From assembly GCF_001676055.1 (NCBI RefSeq), contig NZ_LZEX01000006.1, positions 1 to 64,000 of the forward strand: DNA of 64,000 nt, in the 5' to 3' direction. The notes under the pieces are model-generated. The model worked only from the letters and a program-made list of their open reading frames with translations, had not been told where the DNA came from and made no database searches. Both the position numbers and the translations under genes were made by a program. The DNA is from Morganella psychrotolerans (GTDB taxonomy: Bacteria; Pseudomonadota; Gammaproteobacteria; Enterobacterales; Enterobacteriaceae). Numbering within the stretch: position 1 is the stretch's first letter; the number at the start of each line of letters is the position of its first letter. This document shows positions 40,134 to 50,978 of the stretch, one piece after another.

Positions 40134-41012
40134 ATGCAATTTTCATTAGGTTCAGTCCTCTATTACTGGCCGAACGCAACACTGGAACAGTTCTATCAGC
40201 AGGCGGTGCAAAGCAGTGCCGATATTATCTATCTCGGGGAAACCGTGTGCAGCAAGCGCCGGGAAATGAAACCGGATAACTGGATAGATCTCGCCAAAAC
40301 AATAGCGAAAAGCGGCAAACAAGTGGTTATCTCCACCCTGGCCATGTTACAGGCGCCTTCCGAACTGAAAGAGATAACCAAACTGGTGGATAACGGCGAA
40401 TTTATGCTGGAAGCCCATGATTTTGGTGTGATTAATATGCTGCATGAGCGCGGACTGCCTTTTGTGGCAGGACACGGGCTGAACTGTTATAACGCGCCCG
40501 CGCTGAAAATCCTGCAAAAACAAGGCATGATGCGCTGGTGTATGCCGGTTGAGCTATCCCGCGACTGGCTGGTTAATTTGCTGAAGCAATGCGAAGAGCT
40601 GGGGATCCGCGACAAATTTGAAGTGGAAGTGATGAGCTACGGGCATCTGCCGCTGGCCTATTCCGCCCGCTGCTTTACAGCTCGTTCAGAAAACCGCGGC
40701 AAAGATGAATGTGAAACCTGCTGTATTAAGTACCCGCAGGGGCGCAAAGTACTCTCACAGGAAAATCAGCAGGTCTTTGTGCTCAACGGCACACAAACCC
40801 AGAGCGGCTACTGTTATAACCTCGGTAACGATCTGCGTTCAATGCAGGGATTGGTGGATATTGTACGCATCTCCCCTGATGCTCCGGAAGATTTATCGGT
40901 TATCGATGCTTTCCGCCGCAACCGGGACGGTACACAGCCACTGGATCTGACACAGGCAAAAGACTGTAACGGTTACTGGCGCAATATTGCAGGTCTTGAA
41001 TTGGTGGAGTGA
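40134..41012 (+). CDS. ubiV: U32 peptidase-family protein UbiV
   Basis: It is similar to YhbV (MQFSLGSVLYYWP...). Confidence 0.9.
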   Translation: MQFSLGSVLYYWPNATLEQFYQQAVQSSADIIYLGETVCSKRREMKPDNWIDLAKTIAKSGKQVVISTLAMLQAPSELKEITKLVDNGEFMLEAHDFGVINMLHERGLPFVAGHGLNCYNAPALKILQKQGMMRWCMPVELSRDWLVNLLKQCEELGIRDKFEVEVMSYGHLPLAYSARCFTARSENRGKDECETCCIKYPQGRKVLSQENQQVFVLNGTQTQSGYCYNLGNDLRSMQGLVDIVRISPDAPEDLSVIDAFRRNRDGTQPLDLTQAKDCNGYWRNIAGLELVE

Positions 41013-41064
41013 TATCGCATTCATCCCGTAATGACAGTGAAGAACACATTATTCACTGTCATTT

Positions 41065-41274
41065 TCATTTCCCGAACCGGTCATTAAACCGCTGATAACT
41101 GACCCTTCTTGTCATCCTTGAATTACAATGGGGACAAAGATGTTCTTTTTTACCCTCTATCGTCCATGTATGATATTTCTTTTTAAAACCTTGTCCGCAT
41201 ACATCGCAGCGCCTTGGTTTAAAAATCGTATTAATAACAGCGAGAAAGATAATAATACCAATCACCCATTCCAT
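41065..41274 (-). CDS. small membrane-anchored zinc-ribbon protein (N-terminal TM helix followed by CxxC-X16-CxxC), in an AT-rich islet
   Basis: 69-aa ORF with no recognisable family. Confidence 0.45.
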   Translation of the reverse strand: MEWVIGIIIFLAVINTIFKPRRCDVCGQGFKKKYHTWTIEGKKEHLCPHCNSRMTRRVSYQRFNDRFGK

Positions 41275-41381
41275 GAATCTGCCCCTGAAATACCTGAAAC
41301 TGAAAATTTAACTTTAATAAAAAAAAATAATGTATTAAAGTGTTCTGTGTACCAATAATACTTAAATTATATTTAAGTTAC

Positions 41382-41408
41382 ATACCCAGCATCATTCAAG
41401 ATACAGGA
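41382..41408. repeat. partial (5'-end) copy of the MITE-like repeat
   Basis: About 25 of 30 positions match TATACCCAACGTCATTCAAGATGCAGG. Confidence 0.35.
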
Positions 41409-41416
41409 GCTTTATA

Positions 41417-41548
41417 ATGGGAATCAAACCAGGACCAAAACCTGTTGCTGATACAACAGGAAAAGAAGATAAAAGACAGCGTGTTACCCCTGAAAATAAA
41501 GGAAAACACCCTGGTCTTAAACCACATGAACATAAGAAAGGCGATTAA
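41417..41548 (+). CDS. candidate 43-aa Lys/Pro-rich small protein (MGIKPGPKPVADTTGKEDKRQRVTPENKGKHPGLKPHEHKKGD)
   Basis: It has an RBS (CAGGAGC) supplied by the repeat fragment. Low confidence. Confidence 0.25.
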   Translation: MGIKPGPKPVADTTGKEDKRQRVTPENKGKHPGLKPHEHKKGD

Positions 41549-41686
41549 TATCTGCCTGTCATTGATTAAACCATCAATGGATAATGTTTATTATTATAAA
41601 TAAATCATAAAGTTAAAATTTATTTATAAAAAAGGGCGAACCCTTATCGTTTCGCCCGTTTGTTTATTACTTTTACCTGCTTTATA

Positions 41687-42853
41687 TCATACTGATTTCT
41701 TATGCTTTCGCCGGAACATCCGCCGCAACACCTGAGTTATATGCCGCAGCTCGCCGTCGCGTAGCATGCCGATAAACACGCCGATCACTGTATAAATAAT
41801 CCCCAGCACCAGCATCATAATAATATCGCCCTGCACACTGCTGAACGGCAGATCAAGCTGGTTAATCCCCGCAATAGCTTTTGTCGCCCAGGTGGACGGC
41901 AGCGCCGAGGCAATAAAACGTACCCATTCCGGCATCGCCTGTAACGGCCAGATAGTCCCGGACATGTAAAACACCGGCGTGGTGACAAACGCCAGTGTCA
42001 GGTAAATCATCTCCACGCTGCGCAGACATTCTGTCACCAGTTTTCCCAGCCCGAGAACGGCCAGCAGGAACGGGAACGTCAGCAGCCACAATTCATACAT
42101 CGGCGCTTCCTGCCGGTAGCCCAGCACCCACGGCCAGAGCGCAAAGAAGACCGTCGAGAGAAACAGCCATATCGGCAGCAGCGCGCTCAGAGCGCCGAGA
42201 TAGACCGCCAGCGGAGGTTTCCCTTTCGGTGTGCCGCGCACCGCGATACTGACCCGCACACAGGCAATCAGCAGGGAGTGCTGCAATAACATCACCAGCA
42301 AACCCGGAAAAACAATCGCTGCAAAACTGACGCCCGGGTTATACATCGCCACTGTCTCTGCCTGAATAGGCGAGATAATCAGTGCTGCCTGCTCCGGGCT
42401 GTATCCGGCATTCTGTAAAATCCGCGTATTGTAACCCGCCAGCAATTCCTGATACGCCTTACCCAACTCCTGTTGGATCTGCCCGCTGGCAAGGCGGTTT
42501 GTCGCATCCCCGAAAACCGGTACTGTAATATTTTTACCCTGAAGGACATTCTTTTCGAAATCAGCCGGAATGATAATAATGGCGAATAGCTCACGCATTA
42601 TCATATCCTGACGCGCAGTATTGAGATTATCGTAACTGTGTAATTCTACTTTTGCGGTTGCATCAAGATTACGGATAAGCGAACGGCTGGCAGCAGAGTG
42701 ATCCTGGTCTATTACAGCAACCGGCAAATCCCACAGTACCGGGCGGACATACACCAGGCTCATCACACAGAGTGATACCACCAGCAGCATCCACATGGGT
42801 TTTGCCAACATTCCGAGCAGGACTTTCACGAAGGTCTGAAAATAGAGTTTCAC
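41687..42853 (-). CDS. ABC-2 type transporter permease (YhhJ/YbhR-like)
   Basis: The 388-aa protein has 6 TM helices and the ABC-2 family pattern. Confidence 0.85.
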   Translation of the reverse strand: MKLYFQTFVKVLLGMLAKPMWMLLVVSLCVMSLVYVRPVLWDLPVAVIDQDHSAASRSLIRNLDATAKVELHSYDNLNTARQDMIMRELFAIIIIPADFEKNVLQGKNITVPVFGDATNRLASGQIQQELGKAYQELLAGYNTRILQNAGYSPEQAALIISPIQAETVAMYNPGVSFAAIVFPGLLVMLLQHSLLIACVRVSIAVRGTPKGKPPLAVYLGALSALLPIWLFLSTVFFALWPWVLGYRQEAPMYELWLLTFPFLLAVLGLGKLVTECLRSVEMIYLTLAFVTTPVFYMSGTIWPLQAMPEWVRFIASALPSTWATKAIAGINQLDLPFSSVQGDIIMMLVLGIIYTVIGVFIGMLRDGELRHITQVLRRMFRRKHKKSV

Positions 42854-43995
42854 GCCGCACCTCCCTGCAATGCCAGCCGTTTCGGCAGCCGGTTACGGAC
42901 AAAAAACGCATTCACCACCGGATAAATCAGTAATACCGAGCAGACATACAAAATATGCGCAAATGATACTTCGCGCAGAAAGATATCAAACATCGCATTA
43001 AGGGCATGGGTCAGCGGCTCAAGATTAGAAATAATCCGTGCCGGTAAAATCATCGACAGCTCAGGCACCGCCATCCCGGAAAACGCCATCGCGATACTCA
43101 CCAGCATCCCGATCATACTGTAAGCCATAATCGCATTGCTGGTGAAGGTATACAGCAGCAGCCCGACACTCTGTGCCGCCATCACATAAAAGAAACCGAT
43201 AAGTAACATATACAGTGGGTTACCTGCCATTTTCGCACCGGAAAATGTCACCAGAGCGGCGAGTTCAATCATCAGGAGGGTGGTGAAGAAAAAAGTATAA
43301 GGTGCCAGTTTTCCGAGCACGCCGCTGAACAGCGGTTTAATGGATAACAGCATGGTTCCGCGTGACATACTGTAGATAGTGAGGGTGACCACAAATAATT
43401 GCAGCATGTGGATAGTCGCCGCAAACTGCTGATAATAAATGTAACTGCCGCTGGCATTAAACAGACTGTCATAAGTCATTGTCACCTGCGCCAGCCTTGG
43501 TACCGTTTTTCCCATCTCAGTGGCAAGTGTGGCGCGGTACTGTGCATTCAGTTCTGCAATCAGCCCGCTGAAATCCTGGATAGCATAGCTGCCGGAGGCA
43601 TAAAACAGCGCGTTGTAATACATCCTGACTGTCGGTTGTTTTCCTGATAACACATCACTTTCAAAGCGTGAAGGGATCATCAGCATGGCGTAATCTTCCG
43701 CGCTGCCTATCCGCTCCAGTGCGACAGACGGATCATCGTGCGATGTGACACTGGCATGAGAGCCCGCATTCAGATTACGCACCAGCGTGCGGGACAACGG
43801 ACTGTGATCGTAATCAACAGACGAAACCGGCAGGTTCAGCAATGTACCTTCCGAAAAGTTGGCACTGATAAGCGTAAACAGAATCAGCGGAAACAGCCAG
43901 CTCAGCCAGTGAAAAACGGGGCTGCGGACAGCCTGGCGTGTTTCTTGTGAAAAGGCGCTGCGAAAGCCGCGCCAGATTGACGGGAATCTCATCAC
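42850..43995 (-). CDS. ABC-2 type transporter permease (YbhS-like)
   Basis: 381-aa protein whose stop overlaps the start of the downstream permease. Confidence 0.85.
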   Translation of the reverse strand: MMRFPSIWRGFRSAFSQETRQAVRSPVFHWLSWLFPLILFTLISANFSEGTLLNLPVSSVDYDHSPLSRTLVRNLNAGSHASVTSHDDPSVALERIGSAEDYAMLMIPSRFESDVLSGKQPTVRMYYNALFYASGSYAIQDFSGLIAELNAQYRATLATEMGKTVPRLAQVTMTYDSLFNASGSYIYYQQFAATIHMLQLFVVTLTIYSMSRGTMLLSIKPLFSGVLGKLAPYTFFFTTLLMIELAALVTFSGAKMAGNPLYMLLIGFFYVMAAQSVGLLLYTFTSNAIMAYSMIGMLVSIAMAFSGMAVPELSMILPARIISNLEPLTHALNAMFDIFLREVSFAHILYVCSVLLIYPVVNAFFVRNRLPKRLALQGGAA

Positions 43996-44002
43996 AGCAA
44001 CC

Positions 44003-44974
44003 TTATTTATCCCAACGCCATAATGCGCTCATTCCCGGTCTTAACCCGTCAACCGGCTCCGCCGGATACAGGCGTACCTCAAAGGTTTTCAGGTCAAAAT
44101 CCCCGGTGGCACGGGTGGCGCGCTTAGTGGCGTAATCCCCCATCGGCGCGATATAGCGGATTTCAGCTTCAATTTCCTGATTATTCAGGGCAGGAACCGT
44201 CAGCGTGATTTTGTCGCCTTTCTTCACATTTGCCAGGATATCTTCGCGCAGGTTATAAACAAAATAGGCTTCCGGAAGACGGATAATCGTCACCAGCGGG
44301 CTGCCGGCGTTAAATAATTCACCAATTTCTGCCGGTATCGGGCCAATTTCTCCGGTCACCGGGGCTGTCACGGTTAATTCATCCTGCTGTACTTTCAGTT
44401 CAGTCAGCTTTTGTTCTGCCTGACGCAGTGCAGCTTCATAGCGCTGGCGCTGCTCGCTCCGGTCACCATTTTTTGCCTGATCAAGCTGCGCTTTCGCTGC
44501 CAGCACACGCTGCTGTGCCACATCACGCACACGGCGTGATTGGTCCAGCTCGGTTTTTGAGACATATCCCTTGCCGGACATACTGCTCATGCGCTGAAAA
44601 TCCCGCTGTGCATTTGCCAGCTCAGCCTGAGCCTGTGCCAGTTGTGCAGCATAGTTACGGACACTTTCTTCACGGGTGCCGTTCAGCGATTCGGTTAACT
44701 GTGCCTGTGCCTGATCACGCGCTGCGACCAGCGATGCAATTTGAGCATCAAGCTCCGGGCTGACCAGCCGGATCAGTGTCTGCCCTTGTTTCACATCATC
44801 ACCACGTTCAATCAGCCGGTCAATTACACGCCCTTTGGCTTTAGAGGCAACAATCACTTCAGGTGCATCAACTTCTCCCTGCAATAAAAGATACTGGTTA
44901 TGCGCACGGAAAAGTGCAGCCATCGCAATCAGTACCAGCATCAGAAGGATCAGGAAAATGGTTCTTTTTTTCAT
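44003..44974 (-). CDS. HlyD-family membrane fusion protein (YbhG/YhiI-like)
   Basis: The 323-aa protein has an N-terminal TM helix, coiled coils and a C-terminal beta-barrel pattern. Confidence 0.85.
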   Translation of the reverse strand: MKKRTIFLILLMLVLIAMAALFRAHNQYLLLQGEVDAPEVIVASKAKGRVIDRLIERGDDVKQGQTLIRLVSPELDAQIASLVAARDQAQAQLTESLNGTREESVRNYAAQLAQAQAELANAQRDFQRMSSMSGKGYVSKTELDQSRRVRDVAQQRVLAAKAQLDQAKNGDRSEQRQRYEAALRQAEQKLTELKVQQDELTVTAPVTGEIGPIPAEIGELFNAGSPLVTIIRLPEAYFVYNLREDILANVKKGDKITLTVPALNNQEIEAEIRYIAPMGDYATKRATRATGDFDLKTFEVRLYPAEPVDGLRPGMSALWRWDK

Positions 44975-45189
44975 TATTAATTTCGACCTTAATTATCACG
45001 CTGGAAACTATAAGACGGGGAACGCATCAGTATTACTGACTTTTCGATAAACCGTTAAGATATTTGTGCGCCGGATCACAACATATAAGCAATAATATTA
45101 ACCTTAGCCCTCAGCTGTACAACTACTTTTGATATAAAATCTCAGTTAGTTACAAATAATCTTTCCCGGACGAGCAATCTGACAGCGAA

Positions 45190-46899
45190 ATGTATGATCC
45201 TAATCTGATTTTCCTGCTACTCCAGCAGATGTGTGTGTATCTGGTCATTGCCTGGGTACTCAGTAAAACGCCCCTGGTGCTGCCTGTATTGCAGGTAACC
45301 GTCCGCCTGCCGCATAAACTGATGTGCTATCTGATTTTTTCCGTTTTCTGTGTCATGGGCACCTATTTCGGGCTGAATATCAATGACTCAATCGCCAATA
45401 CCCGGGCCATCGGATCTGTGCTCGGCGGGCTTCTGGGTGGCCCGTCAGTCGGGCTGTTAGTCGGGTTTACCGGTGGACTGCACCGTTATTCTCTCGGCGG
45501 AATGACCGCGTTCAGCTGTATGATTTCCACCATTGTGGAGGGGCTGATTGGCGGGCTGGTTCACCGCTACTATATGAAGCGCGGGCAAATTAATAAATTA
45601 TTTAATCCCTGGACTGCCGCGGGTGTCACCTTTGTCGCCGAGCTGGCGCAGATGGCCATTATTCTGTTACTCGCCCGCCCGTTTAATGAGGCACTGAACC
45701 TGGTAAAAGATATCGCCGCGCCGATGATTATCGCCAATACCATTGGTGCCGCCATGTTTATCCGTATTCTCCTGGACAGGCGTGCTATCTTTGAAAAATA
45801 CACCAGTGCGTTTTCCGCCCAGGCACTGAAACTGGCGATCAGCACTGATGGCGTGCTGCGCCAGGGGTTTAATGAAACCAACAGCCGCCAGGTGGCACAG
45901 GTTCTGTATGACGAACTGAATGTTGCCGCCGTGGCAATCACAGACAGAGAAAAACTGCTGACATTCATTGGTGTCGGTGATGATCACCATCTGCCGGGCA
46001 CGCCTATTGCTTCTCCCTACTCCCGCCGGGCTATTATCAACAATGAAGTTGTTTATGCCGATGGTAATGAAACACCTTATTGCTGCTCGATTAATCCGCA
46101 TTGTAAACTCGGATCCACCTTGGTTATCCCGCTTACAGGGGAGAACAATCAGGTGGTCGGCACCATTAAGCTGTATGAAGTTAAAAACCGTCTGTTCAGC
46201 TCCATTAACCGGACGCTGGGAGAAGGGATAGCCAGCCTGTTATCAGCACAAATTCTGGCCGGGCAGTTTGAACGGAGTAAGCAATCTCTACTGGAAACAG
46301 AGGTAAAACTGCTGCACGCGCAGGTGAATCCGCATTTCCTGTTCAATGCCCTGAATACGCTTCAGGCGGTGATCCGCAGAGATGCCGGACAAGCCGGAAA
46401 CCTGGTTCAGAATCTCTCGACATTCTTCCGTAAAAATTTAAAACGTCCGGGAGAAATTGCGACACTGGCTGCCGAGATTGAGCATGTGAATGCTTACTTA
46501 CAAATAGAGAAAGCCCGCTTCCGCGAGCAGTTATGTGTGGAGATAGCCATCCCCGATACATTGAAACACACCAGACTGCCGGTCTTTTCTTTGCAGCCTA
46601 TCGTCGAAAATGCAATAAAACACGGCACGTCACAGATATTTGAGCAGGGAAAAATTACCCTGGCAGCACACACAGAAGATAATCTTCTTATCGTCAGTAT
46701 CACTGACAACGCCGGGCTGTATTGTCCGGACGGAATAAGCGACGGACTGGGAATGGGTCTGGTCGATAAACGCATCAAAGTCCGCTATGGTAAGCAATAC
46801 GGTCTTAGTGTTCACTGTGTGCCCGAAGTACAAACAACGATTACGCTGACCTTACCTCTCGATTCATCGGCAGGTACCACTGTGCCGCCTGATAACTAA
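45190..46899 (+). CDS. btsS: LytS-type sensor histidine kinase BtsS (YehU), pyruvate-sensing
   Basis: The 569-aa protein is about 75% identical to E. coli BtsS across the 5TM-Lyt, GAF and His_kinase domains. Confidence 0.9.
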   Translation: MYDPNLIFLLLQQMCVYLVIAWVLSKTPLVLPVLQVTVRLPHKLMCYLIFSVFCVMGTYFGLNINDSIANTRAIGSVLGGLLGGPSVGLLVGFTGGLHRYSLGGMTAFSCMISTIVEGLIGGLVHRYYMKRGQINKLFNPWTAAGVTFVAELAQMAIILLLARPFNEALNLVKDIAAPMIIANTIGAAMFIRILLDRRAIFEKYTSAFSAQALKLAISTDGVLRQGFNETNSRQVAQVLYDELNVAAVAITDREKLLTFIGVGDDHHLPGTPIASPYSRRAIINNEVVYADGNETPYCCSINPHCKLGSTLVIPLTGENNQVVGTIKLYEVKNRLFSSINRTLGEGIASLLSAQILAGQFERSKQSLLETEVKLLHAQVNPHFLFNALNTLQAVIRRDAGQAGNLVQNLSTFFRKNLKRPGEIATLAAEIEHVNAYLQIEKARFREQLCVEIAIPDTLKHTRLPVFSLQPIVENAIKHGTSQIFEQGKITLAAHTEDNLLIVSITDNAGLYCPDGISDGLGMGLVDKRIKVRYGKQYGLSVHCVPEVQTTITLTLPLDSSAGTTVPPDN

Positions 46900-46917
46900 A
46901 AAAATGATAATGACACA

Positions 46918-47631
46918 ATGAATGTTTTAATTGTTGATGATGAACCGCTGGCCCGTGAAAACCTGCGCTTATTGCTTGATGCGCACCCTGACATCCATAT
47001 TTTGGGTGAATGTACCAATGCCATTGATGCGATAGGTAAAATCCATCGTCTGAAACCGGATGTGGTATTTCTGGATATTCAGATGCCGCGCGTTACCGGG
47101 CTGGAAATGGTGGGCATGCTTGATCCCGGCCACCGCCCGGCGATTGTCTTCCTGACCGCCTTTGAAGAGTATGCATTACAGGCGTTTGAGGAAGATGCAT
47201 TTGATTATCTGCTCAAACCGGTGGAAAAAGAGCGTCTGGATAAAACCCTGAACCGGCTGCGCCAGGGACAAATCCGTCCGGCAGAATTACCGGGGCAGAT
47301 GGAGCAACTGCGCTATATTCCGTGCAGCGGGCACAACCGTATCTGGCTGATGCCGGTTGAAGATGTGGTGTATGTTAATTCGCGTATCAGTGGTGTGTTT
47401 GTGATGAGCTCACAAGGCCAGGAAGGCTTTACCGAACTGACGCTGCGCACCCTTGAAACCCGTACACCGCTGCTGCGCTGCCACCGGCAGTATCTGGTTA
47501 ATCTGACCCGGCTGCGGGAAATTCTGCTGGGCGATAACAGTCTGGCAGAGCTGATTTTGAGTAACGGTGAAACTATCCCGGTCAGCCGCCGCTATCTCAA
47601 GCCGCTGAAAGAAGCACTGGGGCTGGTTTAG
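46918..47631 (+). CDS. btsR: LytTR response regulator BtsR (YehT)
   Basis: The 237-aa protein is about 75% identical to E. coli BtsR. Confidence 0.9.
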   Translation: MNVLIVDDEPLARENLRLLLDAHPDIHILGECTNAIDAIGKIHRLKPDVVFLDIQMPRVTGLEMVGMLDPGHRPAIVFLTAFEEYALQAFEEDAFDYLLKPVEKERLDKTLNRLRQGQIRPAELPGQMEQLRYIPCSGHNRIWLMPVEDVVYVNSRISGVFVMSSQGQEGFTELTLRTLETRTPLLRCHRQYLVNLTRLREILLGDNSLAELILSNGETIPVSRRYLKPLKEALGLV

Positions 47632-47649
47632 TATTGACTTGTCCTGATA

Positions 47650-47775
47650 TATACCCAACGTCATTCAAGATGCAGGCAGGCGGCAAGGGAAGATAGACGA
47701 GGAGCATACACAAGTATGTGACCCGGCGGGCGTAGTACCGCCAACGAACCTGCAGTTTGAATGAATAAGGGTATA
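47650..47775. repeat. MITE-like repeat, copy 2 (~126 bp)
   Basis: It is about 85% identical to 6147-6270, with identical termini. Confidence 0.6.
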
Positions 47776-47778
47776 CAT

Positions 47779-47816
47779 AAAAAAAGCCCGGCGGAGAATT
47801 TCCTGCCGGGCTTTTT
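47779..47816. terminator. bidirectional terminator (AAAAAAGCCCGGC-GGAGAATTTCCT-GCCGGGCTTTTT) serving btsR and deaD
   Basis: Stem-loop with A/T runs on both sides. Confidence 0.7.
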
Positions 47817-47833
47817 ATGATTCAGAGAATCAA

Positions 47834-49798
47834 TTATGCATTGTTACCGCTGTTGTTGCTGCTGCGACGACGCGGAGCGGCGCTGCCGCCTTCATCGCGA
47901 CGGAAGCTGCGGCGCTCGCCGTTACCACGGTCACCCGCAGGACGATCAGAACCACCTTTACCGCCACCGAAGCTACGACCACCATTTCCGCCATTACCAC
48001 CAGTGCTGCCGCCAGGGCGACGCTCACGGGTAAATGGTTTTGCATCACCGACTAATGTCATGTTCATTGGTTTGTTCATAACACGGGTACGGGTGAAATG
48101 CTGCAACATATCAGTTGGCATGCCTTTCGGCAGTTCAATCGTTGAGTGCGTATCAAACAGTTTGATGTTACCGATATAACGGCTGTTAATATCACCTTCG
48201 TTAGCAATCGCGCCCACGATATGACGAACTTCAACACCATCTGTACGGCCCACTTCAATACGATACAGTTCCATATCGCCAACGTCACGACGTTCACGAC
48301 GTGGTGCAGAAGATGCGCCACGATCAGCCGCAGAACGGTCGCTGAAACGATCACCACCACGGTCGCCACGATCATTACGATCGCCACGACGACGATCATC
48401 GCCACGGTCATTGCGATCATTACGGTCATTGAATTCACGACGCGGACGACGTGGTGCATCTGGTGGCAGAATCAGCTTGCGCTCACCTTCAGCCATTTTC
48501 AGCAGCGCTGCTGCCAGTGTTTCCATATCGATATCAACTTCAGTCTCATCACCTTCAGATGAAACCAGTTTCTTCAGCAGGCCACGGTACTGATCCAGAT
48601 CACTGCTTTCCAGCTGTGTACGGATAGTTTCAGCAAATTTAGCCTGACGGCGCTGACCAATCAGGTCTGCATTTGGTAACTCAACCTCAGGAATAGTCAG
48701 CTTCATGGTGCGTTCAATGTTGCGCAGCAGACGACGTTCGCGGTTTTCCACGAACAGCAGTGCACGACCCGCACGGCCCGCACGACCGGTACGGCCGATA
48801 CGGTGAACATAAGACTCTGCATCCATAGGGATGTCATAGTTAACAACCAGGCTGATACGCTCAACGTCCAGACCACGGGCAGCAACATCCGTTGCGATCA
48901 GGATATCCAGACGACCATCTTTCAGGCGCTCCAGAGTCTGCTCACGCAGTGACTGATTCATATCACCGTTCAGTGCTGCACTGTTGTAACCATTACGCTC
49001 TAAGCTTTCAGCTACTTCCAGGGTCGCATTTTTAGTACGGACGAAGATAATTGCCGCATCAAAATCTTCTGCTTCCAGGAAACGTACCAGTGCTTCACTT
49101 TTACGCGCACCGAATGCAGTCCAGTAGCTCTGGCTGATGTCCGGACGGGTTGTTACGCTGCTCTGAATGCGTACTTCCTGCGGATCTTTCATGAAACGAC
49201 GGGTAATACGACGAATCGCTTCCGGCATTGTTGCAGAGAACAGTGCAGTCTGGTGATCAGCAGGGATCTGACTCATGATGGTTTCAACATCTTCGATGAA
49301 GCCCATGCGCAGCATTTCATCTGCTTCGTCCAGAACCAGACCTTTCAGTTTGGATAAATCTAATGTGCCGCGTTTTAAGTGATCCAACAGACGGCCCGGT
49401 GTACCGACAACAATCTGTGGTCCCTGACGCAGGGCACGTAACTGCACGTCATAACGCTGGCCGCCATACAGGGCAACCACATTAACGTTACGCATGTGTT
49501 TTGAAAAATCAGTAAATGCTTCTGCAACCTGAACCGCTAATTCGCGGGTCGGAGCCAGCACCAGGATCTGTGGCGCTTTCAGTGATGCATCAATATTGTG
49601 CAGTAATGGCAGGCCAAATGCCGCCGTTTTACCACTCCCCGTCTGAGCCATACCCAGAACATCACGGCCGGCGAGTAAGTGTGGAATACATTGTTGCTGG
49701 ATTGGGGACGGTTTCTCGTAACCCAGATCATCCAGTGCAGTCAAAAGATCAGCTGATAAACCAATGTCAGCAAAAGAGAGTTCAGTCTCAGTAGTCAT
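47834..49798 (-). CDS. deaD: DEAD-box ATP-dependent RNA helicase DeaD/CsdA with an RGG/RD-rich C-terminal tail
   Basis: It is near-identical to E. coli DeaD over the helicase core. The probable start is [14 protein letters not shown]. Confidence 0.95.
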   Translation of the reverse strand: MTTETELSFADIGLSADLLTALDDLGYEKPSPIQQQCIPHLLAGRDVLGMAQTGSGKTAAFGLPLLHNIDASLKAPQILVLAPTRELAVQVAEAFTDFSKHMRNVNVVALYGGQRYDVQLRALRQGPQIVVGTPGRLLDHLKRGTLDLSKLKGLVLDEADEMLRMGFIEDVETIMSQIPADHQTALFSATMPEAIRRITRRFMKDPQEVRIQSSVTTRPDISQSYWTAFGARKSEALVRFLEAEDFDAAIIFVRTKNATLEVAESLERNGYNSAALNGDMNQSLREQTLERLKDGRLDILIATDVAARGLDVERISLVVNYDIPMDAESYVHRIGRTGRAGRAGRALLFVENRERRLLRNIERTMKLTIPEVELPNADLIGQRRQAKFAETIRTQLESSDLDQYRGLLKKLVSSEGDETEVDIDMETLAAALLKMAEGERKLILPPDAPRRPRREFNDRNDRNDRGDDRRRGDRNDRGDRGGDRFSDRSAADRGASSAPRRERRDVGDMELYRIEVGRTDGVEVRHIVGAIANEGDINSRYIGNIKLFDTHSTIELPKGMPTDMLQHFTRTRVMNKPMNMTLVGDAKPFTRERRPGGSTGGNGGNGGRSFGGGKGGSDRPAGDRGNGERRSFRRDEGGSAAPRRRSSNNSGNNA

Positions 49799-49968
49799 GT
49801 AAAGGTGCCTCATACAAAATGGCGGCCAGTCTACACAACCCTTTGGAACGCATGTCGGTTGTTTTCATTTAAAAGTGTGAACTGGCTCAAATAAGATTAT
49901 TAAACGAACAAATAATCCCCCCATCACATCAGCGATGGTGAAAAAAATGGGTTGAAGTTTGTTCGTAG

Positions 49969-50856
49969 CTATTGTGGATCTGAATCCGTCAGGTCCTGTT
50001 CTTCATCACCTAACAGAGCTAATTCCAACAATGCGTAGCGGTGCTCAACAAAACTGTGTGCGTTGTTGGCAACCGTCAGCTTGAATAGCGTTTCAGCGCT
50101 ATCCGTATCCCCCAGACTTAGGTAATATTTACCTAAATAGAAGTAGGTTTCACTGAGATGTTCAGCGAGCGAAGTGTTATCCGTTGAGAATTCTCTTACA
50201 CGTGCCAACAGTGTTTTTTCACTGATGTCACCCAGATAGAATTCAGCAATATTCCAGCCCCATTGTCCGCCTTTCGCCTGTTCATAGCGCTGGCGTAAAT
50301 CAACCAGTGCTTTCTTCGGATCTATCTCTTTGTCGACCAGATAGAGCCACAGCGAGCGAAACGGATCGTTTGGATCATCTTGATAAAACGCCTGCAGATC
50401 ATCCCGCGCTACCGGATACCGGCCCCCGTAATACAGAGCGATACCGCGATTCATACGCGCGTAGTTATAAGTTGGATCAAGCTCTAATACAGAATCATAC
50501 GCTTCATAGGCCGCATCAAAGTTGCCCGCCTGCGTAAAATAAATGCCCAGGTAATTAAATATCTCCGGAATATCCGGACGCATTGATAACGCAACGGTAA
50601 AATCATTACGCGCCAATGCCTGCAATCCGAGGCTGTCATACAATACACCACGCTGATAAAGCAGCTGGGCGTATTCGTCCTCAGTCAATGACCGGCTTGC
50701 CAGGATTTGCTCCATACGGGCGAGGATCACTTCCTGCTGCAAAGATGGTTGCAAGGGTACTGCAAGAGGCTCCCTGAGGTGCCAATTTTTACCGCCGCTA
50801 CATCCTGCGATAAAAAGTATAGCCGCAATGCTCCACCAACGCAGAAAAAAATTCAT
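49969..50856 (-). CDS. nlpI: TPR lipoprotein NlpI
   Basis: The 295-aa protein has a lipobox (IAGCSG) and is about 80% identical to E. coli NlpI. Confidence 0.95.
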   Translation of the reverse strand: MNFFLRWWSIAAILFIAGCSGGKNWHLREPLAVPLQPSLQQEVILARMEQILASRSLTEDEYAQLLYQRGVLYDSLGLQALARNDFTVALSMRPDIPEIFNYLGIYFTQAGNFDAAYEAYDSVLELDPTYNYARMNRGIALYYGGRYPVARDDLQAFYQDDPNDPFRSLWLYLVDKEIDPKKALVDLRQRYEQAKGGQWGWNIAEFYLGDISEKTLLARVREFSTDNTSLAEHLSETYFYLGKYYLSLGDTDSAETLFKLTVANNAHSFVEHRYALLELALLGDEEQDLTDSDPQ

Positions 50857-50978
50857 TTCCTACTCCCGAAGTCAGATCCTTTTAAAGGAAAATCCTCTGA
50901 CTGACAATAACCGAGTGCATTTTTGCTTTTTTGCCGAATGGCGCCCTTTTTACAGGACGCCATGCCTTACGTCAAATT

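Noticed and set aside
47817-48593. Highly repetitive, low-complexity ORFs on both strands (Pro/Arg-rich, Val/Ile-rich), and apparent short tandem repeats.
   Set aside because: These come from the RGG/RD-rich C-terminal tail of DeaD, which is coded on the minus strand. They are not a CRISPR array or a separate gene.
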